Part shown: positions 31,309 through 40,096 of the stretch, piece after piece
Numbering within the stretch: position 1 is the first letter of the stretch
How the letters are laid out: each line of letters starts with the position of its first letter
From: a virus
Length of the DNA stretch: 40,096 bases
Virus record (IMG/VR): IMGVR_UViG_3300009962_000005
Strand: one strand, 5' to 3'
The notes under the pieces: model-generated
Database searches by the model: none
What the model was told of the DNA's origin: nothing
What the model saw: only the letters and a program-made list of their open reading frames with translations
Position numbers and translations under genes: made by a program

Positions 31309-31852
31309 CTACGGCGGCGTTAGCGGCCTCAACGTAGGCGCCGATTACCCGCACGAACTGCCCGCCGATAGTCTCGTGCACGCCCTCCCATTCGGTGGGG
31401 GTGAGCCGGTGCCCTTCCAGGGTCGCCGCCTCCGCCAAGATGCGGTACCACAACCTCACATCATCATTCTTAATGCCCTCGTCGGTGCCACCATCAGCCT
31501 TGTACTCTTCACGGATACGTTCGCTTTCGGTGTCCACCAGGCCGTAAACCTTAACCTCTGCGGTCTGCACGGTGCCTAGCAGGTGCTCTAGTTCGTCCTG
31601 CGCCTCAGTGAGCTTGTCCGCGTTGCTCACCTCACCCAGCGCCTCGGTACCGGCCGGGGCCGCACCCTCCGGCCCGGACAGCCGCTTAATAGTTGCCTCT
31701 AAATCGGCGATGCGCTCAGCTGCGTTAGCGTCCAGCGCCAGCAGGGCGGTGCGGGTGAGACGGTGCTCAGTGCCGCCGGTAATCCAGTCGGTTAGGTTGA
31801 ACCCAGCAGGGGCCGGTGCGGTAGTGGTGGCGGTCTTCTTCTTGGTAGCCAT
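31277..31852 (-). CDS. Tail assembly chaperone (G)
   Basis: 191-aa acidic protein between the major tail and tape measure genes; classical position. Confidence 0.7.
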   Translation of the reverse strand: MATKKKTATTTAPAPAGFNLTDWITGGTEHRLTRTALLALDANAAERIADLEATIKRLSGPEGAAPAGTEALGEVSNADKLTEAQDELEHLLGTVQTAEVKVYGLVDTESERIREEYKADGGTDEGIKNDDVRLWYRILAEAATLEGHRLTPTEWEGVHETIGGQFVRVIGAYVEAANAAVGFEVSPRFRS

Positions 31853-31900
31853 AATGTCTATGAATCCTTATTGTGTGTGTTTCGCGTGTGATTAAAGTGC

Positions 31901-31944
31901 CCTTAGCCGGGCCGGGGCACACACTAAACCCGGCCCGGCTAAGG
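31901..31944. terminator. Perfect 16-bp stem hairpin (ccttagccgggccggg/cccggcccggctaagg) after the major tail gene
   Basis: Read directly; 12-nt loop; intergenic 31853-32008. Confidence 0.55.
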
Positions 31945-32008
31945 GGTATGAGCCGCGATCACCGCCTATTGTGAGCGCGGGGGAGCCACCGCACGGGTGG
32001 CAGGACTA

Positions 32009-32551
32009 TTAGGCTGCTTTAGCCGCGATGAACGGCCAACCGTTGTTCACAGCCAGATCGACTTCGGCGCGAATGTACCCCTCCGAGCCGTTCTCGCCCT
32101 CGGGATAACGGGGGGTGTCGGTGATGGCTTGGTACACGCTAATCTCGTCTTCGGCCTCAAACGGCGCATCGTAGGGCTTGGCGGAGACGCGGACGACAAC
32201 GAAAATATCGGTGCCCTTAGTCTTGAGCATCTGAAAAATCTCGTCGCCCTGCGTATCAGCCTGCCCCGGCTTATCCTTATTGAACCAGCGGAAAGGTACG
32301 AGCTTACCCTCAAAGTTGGCCTTGCCGAACGTCTTTGCGTTGGAGTCTTCGCAGAGGGCGGCCATGCCGTCGATAGTCTCGGATGCGGCCGCACCAACGT
32401 GCGTGCCGTCCTTGAGCAGGCGGCACGATGCGTCCTTGCCCGCGTTTAGCTCGGTGATGGTCGGGGCCGCCGGGTTTTTGATGCCACCGGCGGGGATTAG
32501 CACAAGCTTGGTCTTGGCACCTGCAAGGGTGCGGCCCGGGGGGACTGCCAT
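32009..32551 (-). CDS. Major tail (tube) protein
   Basis: 180 aa, upstream of the chaperones and followed by a strong hairpin. Assigned by synteny. Confidence 0.75.
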   Translation of the reverse strand: MAVPPGRTLAGAKTKLVLIPAGGIKNPAAPTITELNAGKDASCRLLKDGTHVGAAASETIDGMAALCEDSNAKTFGKANFEGKLVPFRWFNKDKPGQADTQGDEIFQMLKTKGTDIFVVVRVSAKPYDAPFEAEDEISVYQAITDTPRYPEGENGSEGYIRAEVDLAVNNGWPFIAAKAA

Positions 32552-32772
32552 TAGTTCTTACCTCCATTGTTGGCCGCCTTGTTGGCGGGGTCTATCTCTG
32601 TCACCGGCTGCACGCGCCCCTCGGTTGAGGGCAGGTCGCGGTACAGGCCCGGGAATAATTTCAGGTAGTGCTCGGGCACCTCCACGATTAGCCCGGTCAC
32701 GCTGTGGGCTACACGCACGAATCCGTCCATGCTACTGTTCCACCTTTCGTTTATTGTGTTGTGAGACGCCAC
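32551..32772 (-). CDS. Hypothetical small protein (alternative start ATG 32730)
   Basis: Track ORF. Its stop overlaps the major tail ATG (TAATG). Confidence 0.45.
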   Translation of the reverse strand: MASHNTINERWNSSMDGFVRVAHSVTGLIVEVPEHYLKLFPGLYRDLPSTEGRVQPVTEIDPANKAANNGGKN

Positions 32773-33173
32773 ACCAGGGGGACGTATGCCCGTGCGGGTG
32801 GTGTCGTTGTGTCAAATTCTGGGTACGCGGTCTGCTGCTGCGGCTCGTCCGGCCTCACCTCATGCCCGCCTACAGCGTGCCCGGTGAGGCGGCCCCGCAC
32901 CTCTTCCGATAGGTGCATGACCGTGTTCACATCAGCCCCTACTAGGGTTGTCTGGATGGTGAGGGTCTGTGAATCGCGGTCGGCGCACCCCGCTACGCTC
33001 CGCATCGCGTCAATCCCCGTGGGCTGCGAGACCCACAAGAGAATGTAGGGCTTGGGGGTGCGGCCGTCACGGTAAAGCGGCACATCAGCTGGGATAGTTC
33101 CCGTGTACACTGTTGTGTTCTGGATGCCGTCTAGGGCGGCGGTGAGCGCCTGTATTATCTCCGTGATTCGCAT
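32751..33173 (-). CDS. Tail terminator / tail completion protein (by position)
   Basis: 140 aa, between the gp10-like protein and the major tail gene. Confidence 0.5.
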   Translation of the reverse strand: MRITEIIQALTAALDGIQNTTVYTGTIPADVPLYRDGRTPKPYILLWVSQPTGIDAMRSVAGCADRDSQTLTIQTTLVGADVNTVMHLSEEVRGRLTGHAVGGHEVRPDEPQQQTAYPEFDTTTPPARAYVPLVWRLTTQ

Positions 33174-33511
33174 CAGAAAATCTTCCCCCCAACCTCCAAT
33201 AGCGCCTTCTCCACAGACGGTATGACCGCATCAGTGGCGGGCCGCATGTACGGCCTGGGCCGCATGTGCACGGTGCCGTACTCGACAAACCCGGCGTATG
33301 CGGCCCCGGCGGTGATCGCGTACTCGTCCGCGCTTACACGGCGGGGTTTGATGGATGCCCGCAGGTGCCCGGTGCGGATGGGCGCTATCACGGCCGCCTG
33401 GGCCGCGATGTCCCCTGCACCTTTCGCTAGCACCTGTTCGGTGCGGGGGCGTATAGCGGCTAGCTTCGCGCCGATGGCGGCTAGCTCGGTGATGTCTACG
33501 CTTTTAGTCAC
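33173..33511 (-). CDS. HK97 gp10-family head-tail protein
   Basis: ..AQAAVIAPIRTGHLRASIKPRRV...AAYAGFVEYGT.. matches the gp10 family pattern. GTG start. Confidence 0.65.
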   Translation of the reverse strand: MTKSVDITELAAIGAKLAAIRPRTEQVLAKGAGDIAAQAAVIAPIRTGHLRASIKPRRVSADEYAITAGAAYAGFVEYGTVHMRPRPYMRPATDAVIPSVEKALLEVGGKIF

Positions 33512-33941
33512 CGCGCGCCCCGTTTTCTTGTAGCGGGTCTGTGCATACCAGGTCGCGGCACGGCAGCTCCGATCCGTAGAGTATCTGCCGCACTGTGAGT
33601 TCGCGGCCTACCGTGCCCGGGTCGTCGCTCCCTGTGATGCGCACTACCCAGCCGACGCGGGGCCGCTCAACCCGCAGCGGGATGCTAACCCGGTACTCGC
33701 GGCGGGCCGCGTCAAGCTGCCCCGTAGCATCCTGAGTGTTACCGGAGAGGTTTAGCTCTTGCACGCGGCAGGGGATGCCCTCATACTCTATGCGCGGCTC
33801 CCCCGGCCCTTCTAGCGGGTTGTCCTTGTCGGGTGCCCCGGGTGAGTATAGGGCGCAAGTGCTGTTCATCGACCCGAGCAGGACGGGGGCCTGCCTAGCA
33901 CCCCACCCCTTCGGGACGACGCGGCTGTTAGCTAGTACCAA
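33504..33941 (-). CDS. Head closure / head-tail joining protein (by position; start TTG 33941 or ATG 33869)
   Basis: Track ORF within the connector module. Confidence 0.45.
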   Translation of the reverse strand: MVLANSRVVPKGWGARQAPVLLGSMNSTCALYSPGAPDKDNPLEGPGEPRIEYEGIPCRVQELNLSGNTQDATGQLDAARREYRVSIPLRVERPRVGWVVRITGSDDPGTVGRELTVRQILYGSELPCRDLVCTDPLQENGARGD

Positions 33942-34351
33942 CCAAACCCACCCCCATAGGGTGCGGTGGCCCGGGGGGATGCGCCCTCACTCATAGCCGA
34001 GCCGTGCAGGCCACCCAGCGCCTCCCAGAAAGCGCCGCTGCTGCCCGCCCGGTCTTCGTCACGCTGCGCCTCAGCATCCAGCGCGTCAGCCTGCGCCCTC
34101 AGCTCAGCCGCAACCGCCGGGCCATCAACCGATAAATCCTGCTGCGTTATCTTCTTGGATAGCAGCACCTCGCTAGTGGCGATGGTGCGGAGCGCCCGGG
34201 CTGCGGCCCGTTTCACGTTCCCGCCGGACAGGTCTAGCAGGTCTTCCACCTGCACATCGGTGAGCAGGGTGCCCGTACCGCACCCCGCCTCCCCATCCTT
34301 CGGCAGGTCGGCGATGAGGAGCCGCACCCGGCTAATATCTCTCTCTATCAT
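33932..34351 (-). CDS. Head-tail connector/adaptor protein (by position)
   Basis: 139 aa, directly after the major capsid gene. Confidence 0.45.
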   Translation of the reverse strand: MIERDISRVRLLIADLPKDGEAGCGTGTLLTDVQVEDLLDLSGGNVKRAAARALRTIATSEVLLSKKITQQDLSVDGPAVAAELRAQADALDAEAQRDEDRAGSSGAFWEALGGLHGSAMSEGASPRATAPYGGGFGWY

Positions 34352-34374
34352 GGGCGCGGCCCTCCATCCTCTGA

Positions 34375-35448
34375 TTATGCGCCGGTAGATGCGTACACGG
34401 CGGTGTTGTATACGGCGGTTGCGCCGGTGACATGGCGGCCGCGATAGGTGATTACGTCGCGGTCGAAAGAACCAGCGGTCGGGTCGATGTCTCCACCGGC
34501 GACGTTGCGGCCCGCGTCGTTCTTCACACGAATGTCCGGCTCGGCGTAACCGCGCAGGCTGGCTTTCACCAGGGCGGGGTTGGTGGTTCCCACACCGGGG
34601 AGCACGTACCAGGTGGTGGCGGCCTTGGTGGACTTGTCTACGGCGGTGAGGCCGTCAAGAACTTTGAGGGTGAACACGCCGCGCAGGTAGTTGCTCTCTT
34701 CGGTGGTGGTGTCCCCCACGGTGGTTTTGATCCGCTCGGTGTTGAGGATACGCTGCGCATCAGCCTCAAGGGTCTTGGGGACTACCAGCACGAGGCTACC
34801 GGTGTCTACCGGTTCACCATCATTGTTCAACCGCTGGGTGATGGATTTGTACGCTTCCCAAAGGTTAGCGATGGTGAGCGGCTTAGCAGCAACAGCGGCC
34901 TTGCCCTTGAAGAAGCTGGCGCGGGGGCCGGTACTGCCAACGAACGCTTCGATTACGGCGCGGTCTTCACGCTTGCGCGCACCCTTCGCCAGGCGGTCGG
35001 GGATGCGCGCCAGCTGTTCCCATTCCTGGTTGAGCTGCATCTCCCATGTGAAGGGGAGGGTGATGCCGTACTTTTGCACCTTGATTTCGTGCTTAGTATC
35101 ACTCAGCGAGGTAGCCTTGTACTCTTCGCCCTGCGCCACCAGCTCGTAATCTACCGGGCCGAACAAATCCTTGAGGGTCTTAGGACGGAAGTCCGCCACC
35201 TCTGTGGTGTCCGCAAGACCCTGCCACTGCGGCACGTAATCCCTGTAGGTGTGCAGCATGTCGATTTCTAGGGCCTGCCCCAGGAGCGTAGGGAAGTCGC
35301 TGGTAGTCATGGCTTCGCTCAGGCGGGCCTGGGCGGAGGGGGTGCCGGTCATGCCTGCACGGAAAAGGCGGGCGGCCTCAATGATGCGATCACCGCCGGG
35401 CACACCGGCCTCAGCGATTTTATCGGCGTGTAGGAAGTCTTTGCTCAT
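34375..35448 (-). CDS. Major capsid protein
   Basis: 357 aa, downstream of the scaffold and DUF2190 genes. Size and position are typical; the family was not determined. Confidence 0.8.
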   Translation of the reverse strand: MSKDFLHADKIAEAGVPGGDRIIEAARLFRAGMTGTPSAQARLSEAMTTSDFPTLLGQALEIDMLHTYRDYVPQWQGLADTTEVADFRPKTLKDLFGPVDYELVAQGEEYKATSLSDTKHEIKVQKYGITLPFTWEMQLNQEWEQLARIPDRLAKGARKREDRAVIEAFVGSTGPRASFFKGKAAVAAKPLTIANLWEAYKSITQRLNNDGEPVDTGSLVLVVPKTLEADAQRILNTERIKTTVGDTTTEESNYLRGVFTLKVLDGLTAVDKSTKAATTWYVLPGVGTTNPALVKASLRGYAEPDIRVKNDAGRNVAGGDIDPTAGSFDRDVITYRGRHVTGATAVYNTAVYASTGA

Positions 35449-35478
35449 GAGTGTTTCTCTCTTCTTGTCGGGGGTGGT

Positions 35479-35811
35479 TTAGAATGCGCCGAGCGGCTTC
35501 ACGTGGGCGTCGGCTCCGGGGGCTGCGGAGCCTTCCAGGGCGACACCCCATTTCTTGCCTGCCCCGGTGGTTAGCTTCCCGTCGGTGCCTACGTTCACAC
35601 GCTGCCCGGCGTTCACCTTCTCCTTCACGGGGATAAGCCAGGAGCCTACAAGATCAAGGGTTACCGGGTAGCCGTTCGCTGCGTCGATGATTGCCACACC
35701 GGCGTAACCGGCGTCGTTGGTGCCGACTACTACGGGTTCGCCGCTTTTCACGTCGGCGGGGGAGGGTACGCTGATGTGTTCGGCGCGGGGGTAGACGAGG
35801 TTTTTAGCCAT
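35479..35811 (-). CDS. DUF2190-family head decoration/cement-like protein
   Basis: MAKNLVYPRAEHISVPSPADVKSGEPVVVG...GQRVNVGTDGKLT.. resembles DUF2190 proteins found next to major capsid genes. Confidence 0.6.
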   Translation of the reverse strand: MAKNLVYPRAEHISVPSPADVKSGEPVVVGTNDAGYAGVAIIDAANGYPVTLDLVGSWLIPVKEKVNAGQRVNVGTDGKLTTGAGKKWGVALEGSAAPGADAHVKPLGAF

Positions 35812-35817
35812 GATGGT

Positions 35818-36840
35818 TTAGCCTTTCATTGCTTCGATAATGTCGGATTCGGTGATGGTGTCCCCGGTGTTGGGGATGCCGTAGACGCCGGGTGCGCCGT
35901 AGGGGGCACGCGGGTATTCTGCGGCGTGGGCGCGGACGCTTTCACGGAACGCTTCGGGGTCTAGGTTCTTGTCCGCAGCCCCGGCCTCTGTGAGGGTTTT
36001 CACCGCATGGGGTGCGTTGATGCCGTGGAACTCTTCACGAACAATGGACTCAACGACGGCGCGGCGCGCCTCACCCTCCAACACCGCGATGCGCTCACGC
36101 AGGGCACGGTTCTCACCAGCCAGCCGCTCAGCCTCAGACACGGCGGACTCACGGGCCGATTCGGCGCACCCATCATTCTCCACCGGCCCCGGCTCTACTG
36201 CTTCGGCCCCTGCCTCGGCGGTGTTTTCGTCGCTGGCGGGTGCCGTTTCACCGGCCACGGCCTCACCGGGGGTGTTGTTTTCCAGGGTGTCGTTGGTGCC
36301 TGTGATTTCTTCCACGGGGTTCTGTTGTTCATGGGGTTTGGGCATTTCGCCTTCGTCCTCCTTCTGGTGTTCTAGGATTTGGTCGATTCGTCCCCCCCTG
36401 CCTGGGCGGGTTACGAAGTCTACGGAGCGGATGCTGTGTATTGCTTCTACGATGCCGTCGGGGTTGATGCTGGCGGTTCCGTTGATGCTTACGCCGATGA
36501 TGTGTGCGCGGTCTGCTAGGAATTTTCGGTGTGATTCGAAGATTTCGGCGGTTGCTTCTAGTGCCCCGGTTTCTGGGTTGATGGTGGCGGGGGTGGCTAG
36601 TGCTCCGGCTAGCTGGTTTAGGTCGCCTTCGGGCCTCTCCCATTCTTCGTTTTCGGTTTGGTGGTTGATGTACATGTGTGTACCGGCGGGGAAGAGGTGG
36701 GCGGCGCCCGAGATGGTTTCGGGTGGGTAGTAGCCGCTTGAGCCTTGGCCGGGGGTGATGATGGTGATTGCGATTTTTGCGCCGGTGAGGTCGCTGGTTG
36801 GTTGTCCGCCTGCTGATTCGCGGGTGAGTGTTTTAGGCAT
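35818..36840 (-). CDS. Capsid scaffolding protein / possible prohead protease
   Basis: 340 aa between the MuF-like and capsid genes, with an acidic, Ala/Glu-rich helical C-terminal half. Confidence 0.55.
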   Translation of the reverse strand: MPKTLTRESAGGQPTSDLTGAKIAITIITPGQGSSGYYPPETISGAAHLFPAGTHMYINHQTENEEWERPEGDLNQLAGALATPATINPETGALEATAEIFESHRKFLADRAHIIGVSINGTASINPDGIVEAIHSIRSVDFVTRPGRGGRIDQILEHQKEDEGEMPKPHEQQNPVEEITGTNDTLENNTPGEAVAGETAPASDENTAEAGAEAVEPGPVENDGCAESARESAVSEAERLAGENRALRERIAVLEGEARRAVVESIVREEFHGINAPHAVKTLTEAGAADKNLDPEAFRESVRAHAAEYPRAPYGAPGVYGIPNTGDTITESDIIEAMKG

Positions 36841-37888
36841 TTTTGGCTTTCTGTTTTAGGTCGCTCAGTGGGCGTTGGGTGATGGTGTCGCGCCAGCCCG
36901 GGTTTGTTGTTCTTTGGGCTAGGGCGGTGAATGGGATTTGCCCGGTGTTTATGATGTGGGCGCGCTGGGCACCGAGTATGTCGGCTTGCGCTTGTGGTGT
37001 TAGTGAGCGGTACCATTCCTCGCCGGTTTGGATTTTTGGTGCGGTGTCGGTTTGGTTGATGCCGAGCTGCGCCCAGGGCTTGGTTTTGGGAACGCGGGTG
37101 CACCGTCCCCGGTGGTGGTCGTTTGGGCCGGGTTCGGTGGTGGGGTGGGTGGTGCCGTGCATGGCGATGCATGCGGGGCATGTGCGTTTGTCTAGGGCGG
37201 CTACCCATACCCAGCCTTCTAGGATGTCGGTGTTACGGCTCTCCCATTGTTGTGTTGCGTGGCGTTGCGCGTCGTGGGTTTCTGTGCGGGCGATCATGGT
37301 TGCGCGGGGCAGCCCGCCTTTGAAGGTGTCGCCTACTTGTTTGAGTAGTTGCCGCGCGGTTTCTTCTGGGTTTGCCCCTGTTGCGGTGCCGCGTATTAGG
37401 GCGTGTTTTAGTTTGGTGTCGATTTCTTCGGGGAGCCGCAGGGTGTGGGTGGTGATGCGCTGTGTTGTGCGCCGCACCATCCAGTCGATTTCTTCGGGTG
37501 TGATGGTATTGAGGGTGTGGGATAGGGCGTAGGTGAGGGGCAGCTGTGTTTTTACCATCCTGGCGTGTGCGTCTAGTGCACTGTTGATTGCGTCGGGGAT
37601 GGTGATGTCGGCGGTTATGCCCGCGTATTCGGCTAGGAGTTCTTCTAGTTTTTCGCGGGCATGCTGCAGGGCTTCGTGGGTGCGGTTGGCTTGGAGGATG
37701 CGCCACCCGGGGGCTGCCCCTGTGGTGGGGTCTTGCGCGGCCCGGATGGCGTCGGCGAATGCTGCCTCTAGTGTTTCCCATGCTGCGGCCCATTGGGTGG
37801 CTAGCGTTGTCTCTGGGAGGGCTAGCATGCGTTCGGTTTGGTCTTTGAGGCGTTGTGCGGCTTCGGCGGCTGCCATGTGCACGGTCAT
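36833..37888 (-). CDS. Minor head protein, Mu F / SPP1 gp7-like
   Basis: From ATG 37888 (MTVHMAAAEAAQRL; ATGA overlap with the portal stop). ..MIARTETHDAQRHATQQ...WVAALDKRTCPACIAMHG.. is the MuF signature. Confidence 0.8.
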   Translation of the reverse strand: MTVHMAAAEAAQRLKDQTERMLALPETTLATQWAAAWETLEAAFADAIRAAQDPTTGAAPGWRILQANRTHEALQHAREKLEELLAEYAGITADITIPDAINSALDAHARMVKTQLPLTYALSHTLNTITPEEIDWMVRRTTQRITTHTLRLPEEIDTKLKHALIRGTATGANPEETARQLLKQVGDTFKGGLPRATMIARTETHDAQRHATQQWESRNTDILEGWVWVAALDKRTCPACIAMHGTTHPTTEPGPNDHHRGRCTRVPKTKPWAQLGINQTDTAPKIQTGEEWYRSLTPQAQADILGAQRAHIINTGQIPFTALAQRTTNPGWRDTITQRPLSDLKQKAKNA

Positions 37889-39429
37889 TCGTCGCTCCGT
37901 TCTCCGCGTGTTGCTTGCGCTATTATTGCGTCGGCTAGGTTTGCCCCGGCGGGGATGAACTCCCCTGTGGCGGGGTCTGTCATGCCCGCTATGATTTCGT
38001 CGGGGTCGCGCACCCCTAGCGCGCGCAGTGTTAGCAGCGCCAAGGTCTCGTAGGGTACTAGCCCTGTCCCGTAGGTTTTGGTTACCGCGTCGATGGTCTC
38101 GGCTAGCGTCTGCTCGTTGAGGTCTGGGAAATGGAACACTAGGGTGCGTTCTACCCCGTCGGGTAGTGCGATGTCCCATTGCCCGGCGGCCTGTTTTATG
38201 GTGCCTTTTAGTGGGCCTTGCGGGGCGGCTATGGCGGCGTCGATGACGTGCCCTAGGATCGCCCTGTATGTTTCTTGCCAGAGGTGTTGCCGCGCCATGA
38301 GGTCGTTGAGCATTGGCCGGTCTAGGGTTTCGGCTACGGCCCGCGCCCCAGTCTGCCCTGGGTCGCCTAGTAGCATGGTGACGGGTACGCCTAGTGCGGC
38401 GGCGACCATTGATGCTAGGGGTTTCCCTGATTCTGCGTCGATTGCCGCCCCGGTCTTGGGCATGGCCTCTACTGTGGCGTCTACGGCGCCGATTACCCCG
38501 GGCGTTGGGGATAGCGCGGCCTGCTGTAGTGCGCGGCGTGCCTCGGCGGCGGCTTTGTTGTTTTTCGCTGTTACCCGGTGGCTGATGCGTGCTAGTGCGC
38601 GCATGAGCCGCGCCCAGTCCTCAAGGTAGATTTTGTATGCGCGTGCCCAGGGGAGGGCGGCGAAGATGTCGGGGACACCCCAGGCCCAGCCGTCGGGTGA
38701 TCCGTCTGCCTGGTGGTGGATGGGGGTTGTCCAGTCTACGGGGATGCCGCCGATGGTTTGGGGTTGCGCTACGGGCCGCCACCCTAGGGCGGGGTAGTAG
38801 GCTTCTTCGCGGACGGTCTGGGTGCTCGCTGTGTCGTATAGTTTTTCTGTCCAGGAGCGCAGGTAGTAGCGTGGCTCCGCAGCGTTTTCTGGGTTGGTGA
38901 GTACGCCGGTGATTTCGGTGAGGGGGATGGTGCGGGCGGTTACGGCCCCACTGTTGGGGTCGGTGCGTAGGGCGATGAAAATGTTCCCGTCGGTCGCCTG
39001 CGCGTGTTCTAGCCGGTGCTGTGCCTGCATCCCTGTGAGTGCGCGGCGGTTTGCGGGCGCATCCCAAAACGCCTGTATGACGGCGTTCACATCCTGCGGG
39101 CTGTTTTCTGCGGTTGCTTTGGCGGTCACACCCACACCCGCACCGAAGACGTACCCGGCGCGGACGTGCACGCCACGCTTCACCAGCGGGTCGGATACGG
39201 ACATTAGCCTGCACACGTCGCTATTGCGCTTCACACCGGCTAGGGTGAACTCCTCAGAACCTATGGTGGTGAGCCGCCGCCACCCCGCGTCGTCCGCCAT
39301 CATCCCTTCAATCGTGGAGAATGATTCACGCAGCTGCGCGGTTGCGGCCTCTAGCTCACGGTCCGGGCCTTTGAACGCGCCCGCGATGGTCTCGCGCGCC
39401 GATTCGATGATGCTTTGCAGGCGGCCCAT
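37885..39429 (-). CDS. Portal protein
   Basis: About 514 aa directly downstream of terL. ATG 39429 (MGRLQSIIES...) is preferred because ATG 39480 would overlap terL by 32 nt. Confidence 0.85.
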   Translation of the reverse strand: MGRLQSIIESARETIAGAFKGPDRELEAATAQLRESFSTIEGMMADDAGWRRLTTIGSEEFTLAGVKRNSDVCRLMSVSDPLVKRGVHVRAGYVFGAGVGVTAKATAENSPQDVNAVIQAFWDAPANRRALTGMQAQHRLEHAQATDGNIFIALRTDPNSGAVTARTIPLTEITGVLTNPENAAEPRYYLRSWTEKLYDTASTQTVREEAYYPALGWRPVAQPQTIGGIPVDWTTPIHHQADGSPDGWAWGVPDIFAALPWARAYKIYLEDWARLMRALARISHRVTAKNNKAAAEARRALQQAALSPTPGVIGAVDATVEAMPKTGAAIDAESGKPLASMVAAALGVPVTMLLGDPGQTGARAVAETLDRPMLNDLMARQHLWQETYRAILGHVIDAAIAAPQGPLKGTIKQAAGQWDIALPDGVERTLVFHFPDLNEQTLAETIDAVTKTYGTGLVPYETLALLTLRALGVRDPDEIIAGMTDPATGEFIPAGANLADAIIAQATRGERSDE

Positions 39430-39448
39430 AGGGCGCCCCCTCTCTCTG

Positions 39449-40096
39449 TTAGTAGAATCCGATACTGTACCCATCCTCACCCCATTCTTCGGCGTCTTCT
39501 ATCGTGTCCCCGCCGGTGATGGGGTTGATGCCGAGCTGGTTCACGGCCTGCGTCATGGCGTCTACCGCGTCGTCGTGCTTCCCGTTCGGGAAAAGCTTCG
39601 CTTCTTCTACCAGCTCTTCAACATTTGGTAGCAGGTGCGGTTCGGGTAGGATGATGTCGCCGGAGTGCGCTAGTGGCGAGACTGCGTTAGCGCGGACGAC
39701 TTTACCGCCGTCGGGTGTGACTGGGATTATCCCGGCGACTTTCCCGCGTAGGGAGTTGATGACCGCCGGGCCGTTCGCCTTGTCTTCAACGAATTTAGCT
39801 ACGGCCTGCGGCCACCTAGCGGACATTGCCTTGATCGCGTCTAGCGTCTCCATGAAAGTTAGCCGTTCACGCCGCATATCCAGCAGGAAGCAGCGGGCAC
39901 CCCGGCGTAACCAGACTTGGCCCACGACGTAATCGGATTGGTCTGTGCCCTTAAACGCCAAGTCCCAGGATTGTATGATTTCGTCCTCTGGGCCTATGCC
40001 GTGGATTACCCGCTCACCGGTAGGCTGTTCAACCCAGATGGGGGTGCTGTAGCGCGCCCAGGTGCCGGGGAAGATACCGCCTTCGTCGGGTGACGG
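39449..40096 (-). CDS. terL: Terminase large subunit, C-terminal nuclease part (continues from 1..1033 across the circular junction)
   Basis: ..WDLAFKGTDQSDYVVGQVWLR...FVEDKANGPAVI...GKHDDAVDAMTQAV.. is a typical RNase H-like terminase nuclease. The frame is open through 40096. Confidence 0.9.
   Translation of the reverse strand, partial: PSPDEGGIFPGTWARYSTPIWVEQPTGERVIHGIGPEDEIIQSWDLAFKGTDQSDYVVGQVWLRRGARCFLLDMRRERLTFMETLDAIKAMSARWPQAVAKFVEDKANGPAVINSLRGKVAGIIPVTPDGGKVVRANAVSPLAHSGDIILPEPHLLPNVEELVEEAKLFPNGKHDDAVDAMTQAVNQLGINPITGGDTIEDAEEWGEDGYSIGFY
39970..40096. repeat. Right copy of the exact 127-bp terminal overlap
   Basis: Identical to 1-127. Confidence 0.95.

Noticed and set aside
36329-39214. 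Alternative-frame minus-strand ORFs (36329-36643, 36618-37208, 37233-37793, 38621-39214) with Arg/Pro/His-rich products.
   Set aside because: They are fully nested in other frames of the scaffold, MuF-like and portal genes. Their composition is typical of off-frame translation of GC-rich coding DNA.
1-40096. Searched for reverse transcriptase/DGR, retron, toxin-antitoxin pairs, transposase/IS ends, Cas genes and rRNA.
   Set aside because: No ORF shows the corresponding catalytic motifs (for example YxDD, DDE) and no matching repeat architecture was seen.

Overview
The window is a complete, circularly closed temperate siphovirus-type phage or excised prophage genome. Unique length is about 39,969 bp, because bases 1-127 are repeated exactly at 39970-40096 and the break falls inside terL. 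Composition (GC-rich) and gene content point to a high-GC Gram-positive (actinobacterial-type) host; I cannot name the host. Nearly all genes are on the minus strand. The late module runs: small-terminase-like protein, terL, portal, MuF-like protein, scaffold, DUF2190 decoration protein, major capsid, connectors, major tail, G/GT chaperones, tape measure, Dit, a large tail-tip protein, a collagen/beta-helix fibre, then endolysin and holin. The early module runs: Cro-like HTH, Xis-like HTH, YqaJ exonuclease and RecT, a replication initiator with internal iterons, dUTPase, SSB, RusA, a Bro-N/KilAC antirepressor, several small Cys-rich proteins, DUF3310, and a ParB-methyltransferase fusion. The plus strand carries a repressor-integrase operon (13227-14899), a roughly 3.2-kb accessory island (15.0-18.2 kb) and a mini-GNAT cassette (19565-19870). 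No rRNA, complete tRNA, CRISPR array, reverse transcriptase or transposase was seen. The main hunt results are: (1) a five-copy near-consensus promoter carrying an invariant CTATAC-N5-GTATAG palindrome that drives small orphan genes on both strands; (2) the plus-strand island of unknown, partly very acidic proteins plus an HTH/270-aa pair; (3) a 350-bp non-coding gap with a tRNA 3'-end-like fragment, a possible attP in an unusual position; (4) ori-like iterons, a non-canonical +1/-2 chaperone frameshift, chimeric low-GC gene extensions, and hairpins in the early operon whose T-tracts lie on the antisense strand.
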